Shown in pieces: positions 40,581-54,050 of a stretch of DNA of 64,000 nt (within the stretch, counting starts at the first letter, position 1; the number at the start of each line of letters is the position of its first letter). Source of the DNA: Lama glama (taxonomy: Eukaryota); contig CM052817.1 of the NCBI GenBank assembly GCA_028534125.1, positions 76,076,001 to 76,140,000 of the forward strand, in the 5' to 3' direction. A model generated the notes under the pieces. The model saw only the letters and a program-made list of their open reading frames with translations, was not told the origin of the DNA and searched no databases. A program made the position numbers and the translations under genes.

Positions 40581-41529
40581 GAGAAGCCCTAGCAGAGCTC
40601 TCTAATGGACCACAAAAGCACTCAGCCTACCCACAATCCTATCAATCATCTACCAAGTCAGAATTTTTCTAAAGTACTCTTATAGTGCTTCTCATTTCCC
40701 CTGTTTGGACCCTACTGAGATTAAAAACAATCATCTCCTTACGGAGGGAGAAGACGCGTATAGAAAGAAAGCAGGCACCTTCTACATCCTCTTCCTCAGG
40801 AGGCAGGCGGCTGCCATCTGCAGTTGAATGATGCCAGCTACAAATGGGAAGTTATTCGAATATAAATATTGGGGGTAATTAGTATCTTCGATTTTGACAC
40901 TTCTAATTTCTGAGATGACGCTGTGTTTTAGGAGTTAAATTACGTACAGCAATGAATACAGTGTTCTACCAGTGGCGTAGAGAAAGCACTTCCCACCAAA
41001 TAAATTTTTAATAGAGCAGTGAAAGAAACTTTTTATTTTATCCTCCACATTGTGGTTAATCAACAGTCAAGTTGCATATAGTTCTTATGTTTGATAAATC
41101 TAAAATTTCTTTGAATATACACAGGTTATCTTATAGTGTGTACATTTAATATTTTAGTTACACTTTGTCATGTTTTCACTTCAATTTTGCTAATTCCCAC
41201 TTTTTTTTTTTAACAGTGTTTCCTCAGTTGCCTCAACTTACACTTCTAGGCACCTGGTAAGTAGATCTACTTCAATAGATTGGGAAGATTTTTTTTTCCT
41301 CTGCATTATGCCTAGGATATAAACTATTCATACATTTGTTTCTACCTGTACTTTATTTTTAAAATTGAAAAAAAGGGAAGGAAGGAGAGGGGATATGTTA
41401 CTTTCTCATTCATCTGGCCAAAACTCTTTATGTAGTTAAACTTTCCTGACCTTCCCATATCAATCATCTAGATAAGGTTCCAAAATACACCACATGTAGG
41501 TGAATAAGGTGACACATTGGGATGCTAAA

Positions 41530-42240
41530 CAAAAACTTCACTCCACATTTTAACTGTAATGTTCAGATCTTAATCTTCAGCAAATTACTTTGTCTTTTCT
41601 ACTAGCTATTAAGGGATATATTAAAGGCTCCCATTGTGACCATTTTTGAGTTTACTTTTTCATACTTTTGAGCACACGGATTTTGGTGCACACAGATTTT
41701 GAATTGCAAAATGTTGAGGGATAGATCTGTGGTCACTGTAAAATGGCCCTTTGTATGTCTACTGGTGCTTCTTGCCCCTTCAAAACTCTTCACCTGACAC
41801 TTGTATAAATCACACCAGCTCTCTTTGGATAGTGTTTGGTGGCATAATTTTAGTATCAATTGACTTTTAATGCAGTTGTTCTTATATTTAATGTCCATTT
41901 CTTAAGCAATGTATAGTTAGAACAATTATATCAGACAATCAATCTGTCATCTGAAGTGTTCATTACTTTAAAAATAATGTCTGATATAAGTGTGCATATG
42001 TCTACAATTACAGTTTCCCATTTGACCTGTTTTATGTGCTTTTGTCTTTTTGTATTATCTTTAATTAATCAAATAGCTACTATTCATTTTTTCTCTTAAA
42101 ATACATTTTGCTATTCTTTTAGTTGTTTCATTCAGCTTACTATAGACTTCACTGACTTATTAAATCTAATAAAATAATTATTGTGACTGTTTCTGCAAAG
42201 AACACCTCATCCATTCCAGCTTCTTTCACATTATTTTTTG
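41530..42240 (-). mobile_element. Ancient L1M fragment (endonuclease region and upstream)
   Basis: Minus ORF 41602-41898 has SRHTKGHF..VTMGAFNISL, a remnant of RDKEGHF..IVGDFNTPL. Confidence 0.7.
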
Positions 42241-42244
42241 ACTA

Positions 42245-42744
42245 NNNNNNNNNNNNNNNNNNNNNNNNNNNNNNNNNNNNNNNNNNNNNNNNNNNNNNNN
42301 NNNNNNNNNNNNNNNNNNNNNNNNNNNNNNNNNNNNNNNNNNNNNNNNNNNNNNNNNNNNNNNNNNNNNNNNNNNNNNNNNNNNNNNNNNNNNNNNNNNN
42401 NNNNNNNNNNNNNNNNNNNNNNNNNNNNNNNNNNNNNNNNNNNNNNNNNNNNNNNNNNNNNNNNNNNNNNNNNNNNNNNNNNNNNNNNNNNNNNNNNNNN
42501 NNNNNNNNNNNNNNNNNNNNNNNNNNNNNNNNNNNNNNNNNNNNNNNNNNNNNNNNNNNNNNNNNNNNNNNNNNNNNNNNNNNNNNNNNNNNNNNNNNNN
42601 NNNNNNNNNNNNNNNNNNNNNNNNNNNNNNNNNNNNNNNNNNNNNNNNNNNNNNNNNNNNNNNNNNNNNNNNNNNNNNNNNNNNNNNNNNNNNNNNNNNN
42701 NNNNNNNNNNNNNNNNNNNNNNNNNNNNNNNNNNNNNNNNNNNN
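42245..42744. other. Assembly gap (500 N)
   Basis: N run. Confidence 1.
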
Positions 42745-42749
42745 AAAAA

Positions 42750-43195
42750 AGAACTCTCTTAACAGCTTTCATATAACATAACAGCAGTGTTAATTTTATT
42801 TACCATTGTGTACATTACATCCCCAGTACCAAGTGACTTTTCTAAAATTTGATTTTTTATTGAAGTGTAGTTGATTTACAGTGTTTCAGGTGTATAGCAA
42901 AGTGATTCAATTATACATTTGTATTCTTTTTTCAGATTCTTTTCGATTTTAGGTTATTACAAGATATTGAATATAGTTCACTGTGCTATACAGTGGGTAC
43001 TTGTTTACCTATTTTACCTACAGTAGAATCTGTTACTACCAAATTCCAAACTGATTTTACAACTGGAAATTTTATCTTTTGACTGCCTTCAGCCAATTCC
43101 CTCCCCTAACCCATGCCACTGGTACTAATAAATCTGATCGCTTTTTTAATGTGTTTATTTTTGAAGTATGCTTGACCTACAGCACTGTGTTAGTA
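42750..43195 (-). mobile_element. L1 3'UTR fragment with a second L1 3' end nested at ~42850-43050
   Basis: Host tacattacatccccag..tacaactggaa is split by ttattgaagtgtagttgatttaca..ccaaattccaa. Confidence 0.8.
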
Positions 43196-44990
43196 TCTCT
43201 AGTTTGGTTTTTATAAGCCTCTAAACGAAACGTTTTCTAGGAAAATTACATTTTCAAAAGTAACTATTTTCCTCCAAAAAATATGATTATGTGAATGTAC
43301 AGATAGAAATCAGCAGAAGAGCAGTTCAGATTAGAATTTTAAAGGAAGAGATTCTAGAATCAAGCTAAGACAACAGAGTCCATGAAGTTCCTTCAGTATG
43401 TTAATACACAAGCTGCTGAAGCAAAGACGTTCAAGTCAGAAGCGTTAAGTCGGCTACAAGATGCCACCTGTGTATAGTTGATTCTCTAGAATTGAGACTT
43501 TAAATTTACAGTCAAGCTGGGAAGTAACTATGAAAATCTTTTATAAACCAAAGGCTTATGAATCATTATTCTGGAAATATTTTATGATAACATGAATTTG
43601 TTGAACTTATGAATTTGTTCATCTTTCCTACATCAAAAAATCCCTATCACTTACATGCTTTCTACCCTGCAGGTTGCATATAAACCAAGTAATATAAAAC
43701 AAACATTTAACACCCTTTCAGGAGAATGGTAGCATTTAACGATCTGTAAGAAAGTAATTGCTTTTTGAAACAGAATGAGGCTAATAGAGATTTTCAAAAT
43801 TACAGTTCAGAAGTTTTGAATTAGTATGGTATTTGTTGAAAATATGCATGTAAATTATATAAGTAAAATGTAACGTTTTAAAGTTGCAAATTTTTTATAC
43901 CAGCTGACATTCATAAACATGGGAATTTACCAGCTGAATTTCAACAAATGCCAACAACACAATTTTGTTTAACTGGTAGATATTGACAGTGTATACCACA
44001 ATTTAATAGGGGCTGCAGACAATGACCACTTCTTGGATACACCTAAATTGTGAGTTAATTTTTCCTGTGATGGCAATCATTAAAAATCCCATAATAACAG
44101 GAGTAAACTTAGTACCAGATACTCAAACCACTGCATGACAATTTGCTATAATAATGAACGCATTCCATCTTGTTTCTCTTATTAGTAATACCGCAAAATT
44201 TTCTATGCATTAATAAAAGAGAAAACATTTGGAAATATTTACCTTTAGTTTATTTTTATGAAATGTATAATTTTATCCATGTTTTCAAATATGCATATAT
44301 CAGTTTAGTATCTCTAATATATGAATGTATGGTTTATGTATGTATGTATCTACAGAAGCATGTTCAACTTACAGATGTGTGTGATATAGGGCACCAAACT
44401 TAAACACTGTATTTTTGTCCAACCAGAAAGTAAACATCACAGATAAAGGCAGATTGGCTATACAGTTTTTGGCCTATTATACTGTGGAAAACTTATATCA
44501 GTATTCTGGAAGATCAAAAACTGGCAAGTGATATTGAGAAGAGCTCAGTACTAAGCTGTATCTGTTTTATATAGTCCTTGTGTCCAAATGTTAGTTTAAT
44601 ATAAACTAAAATGTATACATATTAAAGCACTGCTTTCACTTAGAAAAAGAAGAGGCAAACATAATTTGTTGTCATTATACCAAGCTAATATTATTACTGA
44701 GCTTTTTGCTCCTAAGATCTGAGATGAAAGCTCAAGTAGATAGAACACGGTTGCTTTTCATAAACCTACTGATGCATATTTTACATACTTTTATAAAACC
44801 ACATAGTTTATTTTTCCAGCATATTAGTTTCAGGAATGCAGGTGATAGTCTTATTGAATCCTATTTGCTGTTTGTTTTTAACCCATTGGGGAACTGAGTT
44901 TTAAAAATTATTATTTATTGTTCTTTCCACTCTCATTTAAAAAGTACATAAATTAATGACACCCCAATTTCTTGAAATCAGAATATCAGT

Positions 44991-44994
<4 letters not shown>

Positions 44995-45023
<29 letters not shown>
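44995..45023. repeat. (TA)n microsatellite
   Basis: Read directly. Confidence 0.95.
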
Positions 45024-45025
<2 letters not shown>

Positions 45026-46429
45026 CTGTCTGATACTAAGCGTAGACATAAGCCAAAACAAACATTCTAAGAGTTTTGCATTTGTTAATAATTCTACTGT
45101 GGAACATTTGAAACCCTACACTGGATAAGTAATGCAATAAAGATTGAAATTCCCCTTCATGTTTATGACCCATTTAGTCTGAACTGAAAATGTAGCAAAG
45201 TATCCAATTCTTTACCCCCAAATTATATGCTAAATACTATCTTAATGTGTAGTAAATTACACTGAACAACTAGTTCATATCTAAAATACTAAATTACTAC
45301 CTCAGGAAATGCAGAGAAAATGTCAACAGTTCTCACAGACATGCTTTTTAAATGTAAATAGTTATTATGCAATCTTTACTAGATCTTCTGTTTTTACGTT
45401 TTAAAACCCAAGATATATGGAGAAACATATAGAGCAGAAAGAAATGCTATTCCGTATAGTTTCTAAATAACTTGCTATAGGGTATAATAAAGCTTCAATT
45501 AAATTTTGTTGCCTATTTCTTTATGTTCTTAAGAGTATTGACCTAGAGTAAGTATCTATCTGTTTCCTCGTATTAGTATAGCGATTCAACAAATGTATCA
45601 AATGCACAAGCAGGTTAAGATCTCGTTTTGAGGTCGCGGTGGATAACTAAGTATCAGTGCAAAAAAGAATAATAAGCATTAGCAGGTTACAGCCTGGCAG
45701 CTGGATATAATAAGGTGAAGTAGAGGTTCATGGGGTAGTTGGGTAGCATCAAGTGATACAGAAGGAAAACCTTTAATAACAGTAATGGATTTTATATCAT
45801 TTAAAATTGTTTCCTCTTCTGTGCTCTTCCATACTTCTTTCCTTTTAATTAGGAATGGAACATTCAATAAAAGTCTATCCTATAGAATATTCATGTATCT
45901 CAGTGGTAGGGAAACACAGAAGGTTTGGAACAGGGCAAGACATTTAGGCTACTGGTGTTATAACAAAGAAAAACGTTATTTAAAATGAAGCTTTTTAAGA
46001 CTCAACATCGGTATTGTAATTTTCTATTTCTTATTATTTATCCTTCAATTGCGTTAAAAACCAAGACAGATTATTCACTGTGTATTTTCCTATGTAGCTT
46101 AAAAATTCAATATATTGTGTTTTCTCTGAATTTTTTTTCCGTAAAGAAACTTGTGTTATATATTTATTTTAAACTATTTGTGTGGGATTTCCTAATTTAT
46201 TTTCTGAATTGTTTAGAGAAACAAAATTTACATTTAAAGTCATAGACATTTAAGATCATTTAAGGTAACTCAGAAGTAAGGAAGCTACTAAAGGAAACGA
46301 AGGTAGATGATACAGAGCAGAATGACACTGATATGCCATGAAAGAAGCAAAAGTGGGAAAATGTTTATTAATAGAGAGATTAAAATGATTGTATTTAACA
46401 TACTCTGCAATGATAGAGTGGAATTTTCC

Positions 46430-49025
46430 TGGCAAAATTTTGCATCAGTATTTAATCAAACAGTGTAAAAAAGATTTCTACACCATGACCGTTTGAGATT
46501 TATACCAAATACGTAAGACTGGTTCAACATTCGAAAATCAAGTAACACAATCCATCACATCAACAGATTAAAGAAAAAAATCACATAATCATATCAATAG
46601 ATGGAGAAAATTGTTTCACAAAATCCAACACCCATTCATGATAAAAACTCAGTAAACTTGGGATAGAGGGCAACTTTCTCAAATTGACATAGAATAGCTA
46701 CAGAAAACCTCCAGAAAACCTACAGCTAACAGATACATTATGGTAAGAAACTTGAAGCTTTCCCACTAAGATCAAGTACAAGGTAACAATGGCTTATATC
46801 ACCACTCCTTTACAGCGTCATACTAGAAGCCATAGCTAATTCTATAAAAGAAGAAAAAATATATATAAGTTGTGAAGGAAGAAATAAAACTGACTTTGTT
46901 TGCATATGGCATGATCATCTATGTAGAAAAAAGTCCTGGAACTAATAAACAAATTATAACAAAGTTGCAGGATAAAAGATTAATATCACAAAAGTTAACC
47001 ACTTTTGAGAAATGAACTAAATTAAAAACACAGTATCATATATATAGCAACCAAAATGATTACATACTTGGGCATAAATGTAACAAAAAAATCTGAGATC
47101 TGTATTAGAAAAAAAAATTAAACTCTGGTGAAAGAAACTAAATTCATGAATAGGCAGACCAAATATTGTCAGAATGTCAGTTCTTCCCAAAATGTTCTAT
47201 AGAGTCAACATCATCCAAAGCAAAATCCCAGCAAGCTATTTTGTGGATATTGACAATCTAATTCTAAAGTTTATATGGAGAGGCAAAAGACCCAGAATGG
47301 CCAACACAGTATTGAAAGGAGAAGAGCAAAGTCAGAGGACTGGCACTGCCTGACTTCACAACTTACTGAAAGCTACAGAGGGGAGGGTTTAGCTCATGTG
47401 GCAGAGCGCATGCTTAGCATCATGAGGTCCTGGGTTCAATCCTCAGTACCTCCATTTAAAAAAAAAGAAATAAAGAAATTAAAATAAATAAGTAAATACA
47501 CCTGATTACTTCCTTCCTCACCAAAAAATAAAGTAAAAGCTACAGTAATTAAGACATAGTGCTATTGGCAAAAAGCAGACAAACAGATCAATGGAATAGA
47601 AAAGCCCAGAATTAGACCCAGATACACACATCAACTGATTTTTGACAAAAGAACAAAGGCAGTACAATGGAGCAAAGATACTCTTTTCAACAAATGGCGC
47701 TGAAACAACCAGACATCCATGTGCAAAAAAAAAAAAAAAAAAAAACCTAGACATAGAACTCATAACCTTTCAGAAGTTTAACTCGGTATATATCACAGAC
47801 CTAAATGTAAAACACAAAATTCTAGACCTCCTAGAAGGTAACAGGAGAAATCCTAGATGACTTTGCATATGACAAAGACTCTTTAGATACAATGTGGGAG
47901 ACATAATCCAGAAAAGAATTTATAAGTGGAAATTCATTAAGATTAATAACTTCTCTATAAAATACAAACCATAGACTAGAATAGAAATCGTTGCAAAAGA
48001 CATTTGATACAGGTTTGTTGTCTAAAATATAAAAAGAATACTTAAATCTCAACAATAAGAAAATAACTGATTAAAAAATAAGCAAAAGACCTGGATATCT
48101 CACCAAAGAAGGTATGTAGACAGAAAACAATGCATCAACACCATGCATCATGCGGGAAATGCCAGTTACACAATACTGACATATTCACTTATGAGAATGG
48201 ACAAAGTCCAGAACAATGACAACACTGAGTGCTGCTGAGGCTATGAAACAACAAAAAGTCTCATTCTTTCCTGGTGTGAATGCAAAATGGTACAGCCATT
48301 TAAGATAATGTGACTATTTCTTACAAAACTAACTATATTATGCAGTAATTTCTCTCCTTGATACTTAAGCAAATGAGTTAAAAAGTTATATTCACACAAA
48401 ACCTGCACATGTATGTTTAGGGTAGCCTTATTCATAATTGTTAAATCTTGAGAGCAAGACACCCCTCAGTAGTGGACAAATTAACCATGGTATACATCCA
48501 GCAAGATAGTATTCAGTACTAATAAGCAATGATTTATCAAGCTATGAAAAAAAGACATGGAGGAATCTTAAATGCATATTACTAAGTGAAATAAGCCAAC
48601 CTGAAAGGGCTACATACTGTATGATTCCAATTATATGACATTCTGGGAAAAGCAAAACTACAGAGATAGTAAAAGCATCAGTGGTTGCCAGGGGAGTGGG
48701 AAGATGGAGCGAAGGATAAATAGGTGAAGTACAGGGAATTTTTATGTACTGAAACTATTCTGTAGGATGCTATAGTGATAGACACATGTCACACATGTGT
48801 CAAAACTACAGAATGTACAACACCAAGAGTGAACCCTGATGTAAACTGTAGACTTTGGGTGATAATGATGTCTCTATGCAGCTTCATTGATTTTAACAAA
48901 TGCACCACCCTGGTAAGGTAGTGTGGGAGGCTGTGCATGTGTGTGGAGAGGGAGGATATGGGAAATGTTTCTGCCTCCACTTAGTTTTGCTGTTAACCTA
49001 AAACATCTCTAAAAATAGTCTATTA
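46430..49025 (+). mobile_element. L1MC-like element (ORF2 RT through 3'UTR), decayed
   Basis: gactggttcaacattcgaaaatcaa; LFAYGMIIYVE RT motif at ~46900; terminus caacaccaagagtgaaccctgatgtaaact..acctaaaacatctctaaaaa. Confidence 0.92.
47379..47535 (+). mobile_element. tRNA-derived SINE, camelid Vic-1-like, inserted in L1
   Basis: ggggagggtttagctcatgtggcagagcgcatgcttagcat..ggtcctgggttcaatcctcagtacctcc (A and B boxes), A-rich linker and cctgattac tail. Perfect 10-bp TSD aaagctacag at 47369-47378 and 47536-47545. Confidence 0.9.
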
Positions 49026-49034
49026 ACAAAACCA

Positions 49035-49092
49035 ACAACAAACAGATGGCAGGCTAGATTTGACCAGCAGCAATAGTTGGCTGTCTCCTGAT
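49035..49092 (+). mobile_element. MER58-like hAT terminal fragment
   Basis: aaacagatggcaggctagatttgaccagcagcaatagttggctgtctcctg resembles the MER58 end. Confidence 0.55.
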
Positions 49093-49199
49093 CTACAACA
49101 GGATCTTTATTAAAGGAATAAGTGAAACAATGCCAAAGTGTATTCCAGTTACTGTTGCTGCATGATAAATCACCACAAAGAAAAAATACATCACAATCC

Positions 49200-49578
49200 A
49201 ACACAAAACACAGAGATAATGACGTTTTCATAAAAATGAAAGCTGAAATAACTTCTGCCAGCAAAACTGTGTTATATGAAATATAAAAGGAAATTTTAAA
49301 TAGAGAATGAATGATTTCAGCTAGAAGCAGGACATACAAGGGGAAAATGCAGTGAAAATATAAATATGTATTGATATTGATTATAAACAAATGAAAACAA
49401 ATAAACTGGCAAGATCCAGGGAGTATTAAAATAGATAATATTAATAGCCTAAAAGACCAGAGGAGTAAATGCATTTAAAGTATTCCAAGTTTCTAGCATT
49501 ACTGGGGAAACAGAAATAATAATTGATTTTAGATTACTCTATGGCAATAATGTACAGAGTGATCTCTAGGTTAACCAC
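49200..49578 (+). mobile_element. Ancient L1M ORF1-end/inter-ORF fragment
   Basis: ttcataaaaatgaaagctgaaataa..ccagcaaaactgtgttatatgaaatataaaaggaa. Confidence 0.5.
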
Positions 49579-49579
49579 A

Positions 49580-50113
49580 TGGTAGGAAGAATAATTCCTA
49601 CTAGATAGAGACCCAAAAGTTGTCCACATCCTAATACATGGAATCTATAAAGATGTTACCTTCAGCGAAGAAAGAAACTCTGAAGATGTCATGAAGGTAA
49701 AAGGCTTTGTGATGGGGAGATTATCCTGGATTTTGTGGGTAGTCCCAGCCTCATCACAGAGTCCTTAAAAGTGGAGGATGTTCCCCAGATGAGCCAGGTA
49801 GTCAGTCAAAAAGACACAATCACATCTCTGTGGGTCAGACATATGTGATGTGTAAAGGACTACCTTCTGATGCTGGGTTTGATGGGGGTGGTGGGGACCA
49901 TGAAACAAAAAATACAGACCTCTAGAAGCTGGAAAAGGTAAAGAAGCAGACTCTCTCCTAGAGCATACAGAACACAGCCCTGCCCAAATCTTGATTTTAG
50001 CCCAGTGAGACTTGTGCTGGGCTTGACCTGAAGAACTATAAGATAATATATTTATTTGTTTTAAAGCACTCAATTTATGGTAGTTTGTTATGGCAGCAAT
50101 AAAAATCAAATAA
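49580..50113 (+). mobile_element. MLT1D-like MaLR solo LTR
   Basis: tggtaggaagaataat..gtccacatcctaat..gatggggagattatcctggatt..ctagaagctggaaaaggtaa..tttatggtagtttgttatggcagcaat. Confidence 0.88.
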
Positions 50114-50254
50114 AACCACTTGAAACTAAATTTCATAAAAGGAAAAACTATAAAACACAATTTTAAGGAAGCCAATGCATGAGATGAGGAAATAACAACA
50201 TCTGTGTTAAAACAAAAAAGAACAAAAAGAACTATGAGAATCGTTAATGTATTC

Positions 50255-51708
50255 CAAACTCTATTACAAAGCTATAGCAATCTAAATGGTATGATGTAGC
50301 CTAAAAAGTCACACAGATCAACAGAACAGAATAGAGATCCCATAATTAAACCCATCCATATATAATCAATTAAAATTTAAGACAAAGGAACAAAGAATAT
50401 ACAGTGAGAAAAGAACAGTCTCTTCAGTAAATAGTATTAGGAAAACCAGACAGCCACACACAAAAGAATGAAACTGGACCTCTATCTTACACTACACACA
50501 AAAATTCACCGAAAATTGGTTGAAGACTTGAATGTAAGACCTGAATCCATAAAATTCCTAGGATAAAAAACATAGATGGTAATCTCTTTGACATCGGTCT
50601 TCATAATGTTTTTTTTTGGATCCGACACCAAAAGCAAAGGCAACAGAAGCAAAAACAAATCGGATTACATCAAATTAAAAAGCTTATGCATAGCAAAGGA
50701 AACCATCAACAAAATGAAAAGACAGCATGCCAAATGGTAGAAGGTAGTGCAAATCATGTATCTGATGAGAGGTTAACACCCAAACACTAAAAAGAACTCA
50801 TACAACAGCAAAAAACCACCAAACAATCCAATTCAAAAATGGTCAAAGGCTCTAAATAGACATTTTTCCAAAGAAGACATATAGGTAACTGAAAAAGGTA
50901 CAAGACATCACTAACCAAAGAAAAGCAAATCAAAGCCACAATGAGATACCACCTCACATCTGCCAGAATGGTACCATCAAGATGGGCAAACAGTCTACAA
51001 ATAACAAATGTTGGAGAGGGTGTGGAGAAAGGGAAACCCTGGAACACTGTTGGTGGGATTGTAAATTGGTGCAGCCACTATGAAAAACAGTATTGAGGTT
51101 CCTCAAAGAACTGAAAATAGAACTACCACATGATCCAGAATTTCCACTGCTACATACATATGCAAAGAAAACGAACACTAATTTGAAAAGATACATGCAC
51201 CCCAATGTTCATAGAAGCATTATTTTTAATCGCTAAGATATGGAGGCAATCTAAATGCCTCTCAACAGATAAATGGAAAACGATGTGATATATACAATGG
51301 AATATCCCTCAGCCATAAAAAATAATGAAATTCTGACATTTACAACATGGATGGACCTAGAGAGTATTATCTTTAGTGCAGTAAGTCAGAGAAAGACAAC
51401 TACTGTTATCACTATGTAGAGTCTAAAATGTAAAAACAAATTAACAAAAATGAGCAGATTCACACATAGCGAACTAGTGGTTATCAGTGGGGTGAGGGTG
51501 GCGGGGAAGGGGCATTATAGGGGTATAGGATTAAGAGCTAATCTACCATGTATAAAATAATTAAGGAACAAGTATATATTGTATGGTACATGGATATATA
51601 GCCATTATTTTGTAATAACTTTAAGTGGAGTATAATCCATAAAAATATTCAATCACTATGTTGTACACCTGAAAGTATTATCAACTATACTTCAATTAAA
51701 AAAAAAAA
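50255..51708 (+). mobile_element. 5'-truncated L1 (ORF2 C-terminus, 3'UTR, polyA)
   Basis: ctattacaaagctatagcaat..; ends tcaactatacttcaattaaaaaaaaaaa. Confidence 0.95.
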
Positions 51709-51714
51709 CTAATG

Positions 51715-52320
51715 TAAGAAACTCTATGACTCAATCATTACTCAGATATTTAATCTACCTGTTTGATCATCTGTCTGCTCCCAAATCCCCAAGATTATTA
51801 TAACATTATACATAAAAGCCCCCAAATAGAACCACCACCAACAGTTTAATGGATCAGAAATTATGATAAATCCATATACTTGAGCACCATAGAGTTATGC
51901 ATGATTAAGTTAGTACTGTACACAATACTCATAAATTCATCCATGCTAAATGAAATAAGCCAGACATAGAAGAATGTGTGTGAGCACATACAAAACCATT
52001 TATACACATAATTATGTATACACATAATCATAATGCATATAATCATATATATTTAAACACATATGATTTCATTTAAGCAAATTTCAAAAAGAAAATAACC
52101 TATGATATAAAACTCAGGAAAACACTTGCCATACAAAGAAAGTATTGACTCTTGGTGGGGAGGGAGGTACTTAAAGAGGAAATCTTATTTGTGGTACAGG
52201 TAACACTGAATTTCCAGGTATGTTGTCTTTAAACAAGTGTTTGTTCATTCTGTGAAAAATCCTTTGAACTAATGACATGACTTGTAACCTTTACATGTGC
52301 TTGATTATATTTACTGAAAG
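51715..52320 (+). mobile_element. Ancient L1ME-like 3' fragment
   Basis: atgctaaatgaaataagccagacatagaagaat..tatgatttcattta..ttgttcattctgtgaaaa. Confidence 0.6.
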
Positions 52321-53139
52321 TTTTTTTTTAATTCAAGGTTAAGTTTTCTTTTCAAAAGATTTCTGTTAAATAGTGCTTTCACGGAAATACAACTTAAAAT
52401 GGAGCAAATAAATATTGTCTAAACCATGCATTAAATATTTATAAGAAAAATAGCTTAGCTAGTCAATAAATACATGAAATATACCATGGCTTACAAATAC
52501 CACTATCAAAGCTGCATATGAAGATGATCATTAATTTCTCTCATAGAGGACGACATGAGCATGAGTAACATTATCAAAGTCAAATTAAATACCTATGATA
52601 GACAGAATTTTAACAGTCAGCAACTTCAATAAGAACCCTAATTAAATAACGTGACATTGAAAATAATTTAAATAAGACAATGAAGCATGTATCTTACACT
52701 ATATTTAGGAGTTATTTTTCCTAAGAAAGTGAAGTTATTATAATTGCTTAAATTGTGGTCCACATTCGTAAACATCTTATAAAATCAACCCAGCACATAA
52801 GCTCTCAAAAATGAATGGGAAAGGGGAACTATACTTTTTCATTTCTTTTGGCCCCAGAAAAATATTTAAAGAAACACCTTACCCAATTTCCTCATGACTA
52901 TCCTTGAATATTCTGGAAGGTGTTAGTTACAACCAAATGATACAACACCTGGAAGAAAATTGAAAAATTAAATTAGGAAATGTTAATGCACGTCACATGT
53001 AGATTTACAATCTTATCGGTATACTTGGAAAAGGCATTTTCATCATATGAAGGTCACGTGTGCCTGTATTGTAACTATGGAAAGCTATATAGAATATACG
53101 ATCCGAGGACTGTTTTCTGACTGAACTCGGTTGATGTGT

Positions 53140-53375
53140 CGTATAATAGTGCAAGGCCTCTGAAGCCTGGCCACCATCTGAGGTCAAACTGTATCTCCAC
53201 CAATTGCTAAGTAAGTGATCTTTGGCAATTATTCTATCTCCTATGTCACCCTTTCATCTGTAAATGCAGAAAATAGTAATATCCCATTGGACGACTGTGA
53301 GGATGAAATAACATCGCGAAGTTGAAACATTTCAAAAATGGCATATGATGAACACCTCACAAATGTTATCTATTG
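53140..53375 (+). mobile_element. Near full-length MIR
   Basis: gtgatctttggcaattatt..ttcatctgtaaatgcagaaaatagtaata..tgtgaggatgaaataa..aaatgttatctatt. Confidence 0.8.
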
Positions 53376-54050
53376 TTGAATATTCATGTGTTACATAGCC
53401 AGGTTTATGAAGAAAAGCCGGAAAGAAAATTTATTTTAATGGCTATACAAACATACTTTACAAAATCAATCATATAAGCTAATTATTATATATGAACTGG
53501 AAAAGCTTCTTCAATAACAGAAATAGAAAAAAAGACACAAAGAACTAGAAATCCTAAAAATAACTCGAGAAAAACTGAAAAAAAAACTTCAATAATATTA
53601 AGGAAAAGAGGCATTCAGGTAGCATTTAATTGAAGTATAACCTATGTCACGCAAGTCCTATACCTGCAATCAAGATAGAAAAAGTGGTAAGGAATGTATG
53701 TCTATGTATGTCCAGGTCATTTATAAGAAATCCGTGCAAAATCGAATTAGTACACCTAATTTTATTTTTATGGTATGAAATTACGTGGACCAAATAATCT
53801 ACTTTATCTTTTATTTTTATTTTCCTATTTTAAAAAAGTCCTATAATGAATTATAGTATTCACAAAATGTAAATACTATTACATCTTGTTTTATTTCAAA
53901 ACATCATTCAAAACATCAAAAAGTCCATATATTTGCCAAATTCAGATCATATGACATTTTTATATTTTTCAAATTTTCTAGAAAAATTGAGAAACTTAGA
54001 ATTTATGACCTAGCATAAAAGCTAAACTTTCCTTTTTTAAAAAGATCCTA

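Noticed and set aside
47379..47455. tRNA-Ala gene
   Set aside because: It has a SINE tail, a TSD and indels, so it is a SINE head rather than a tRNA gene.
48998..50175. 158-aa and 136-aa hydrophobic minus-strand ORFs
   Set aside because: Antisense readings of A-rich L1/MLT1 sequence with no recognisable domain.
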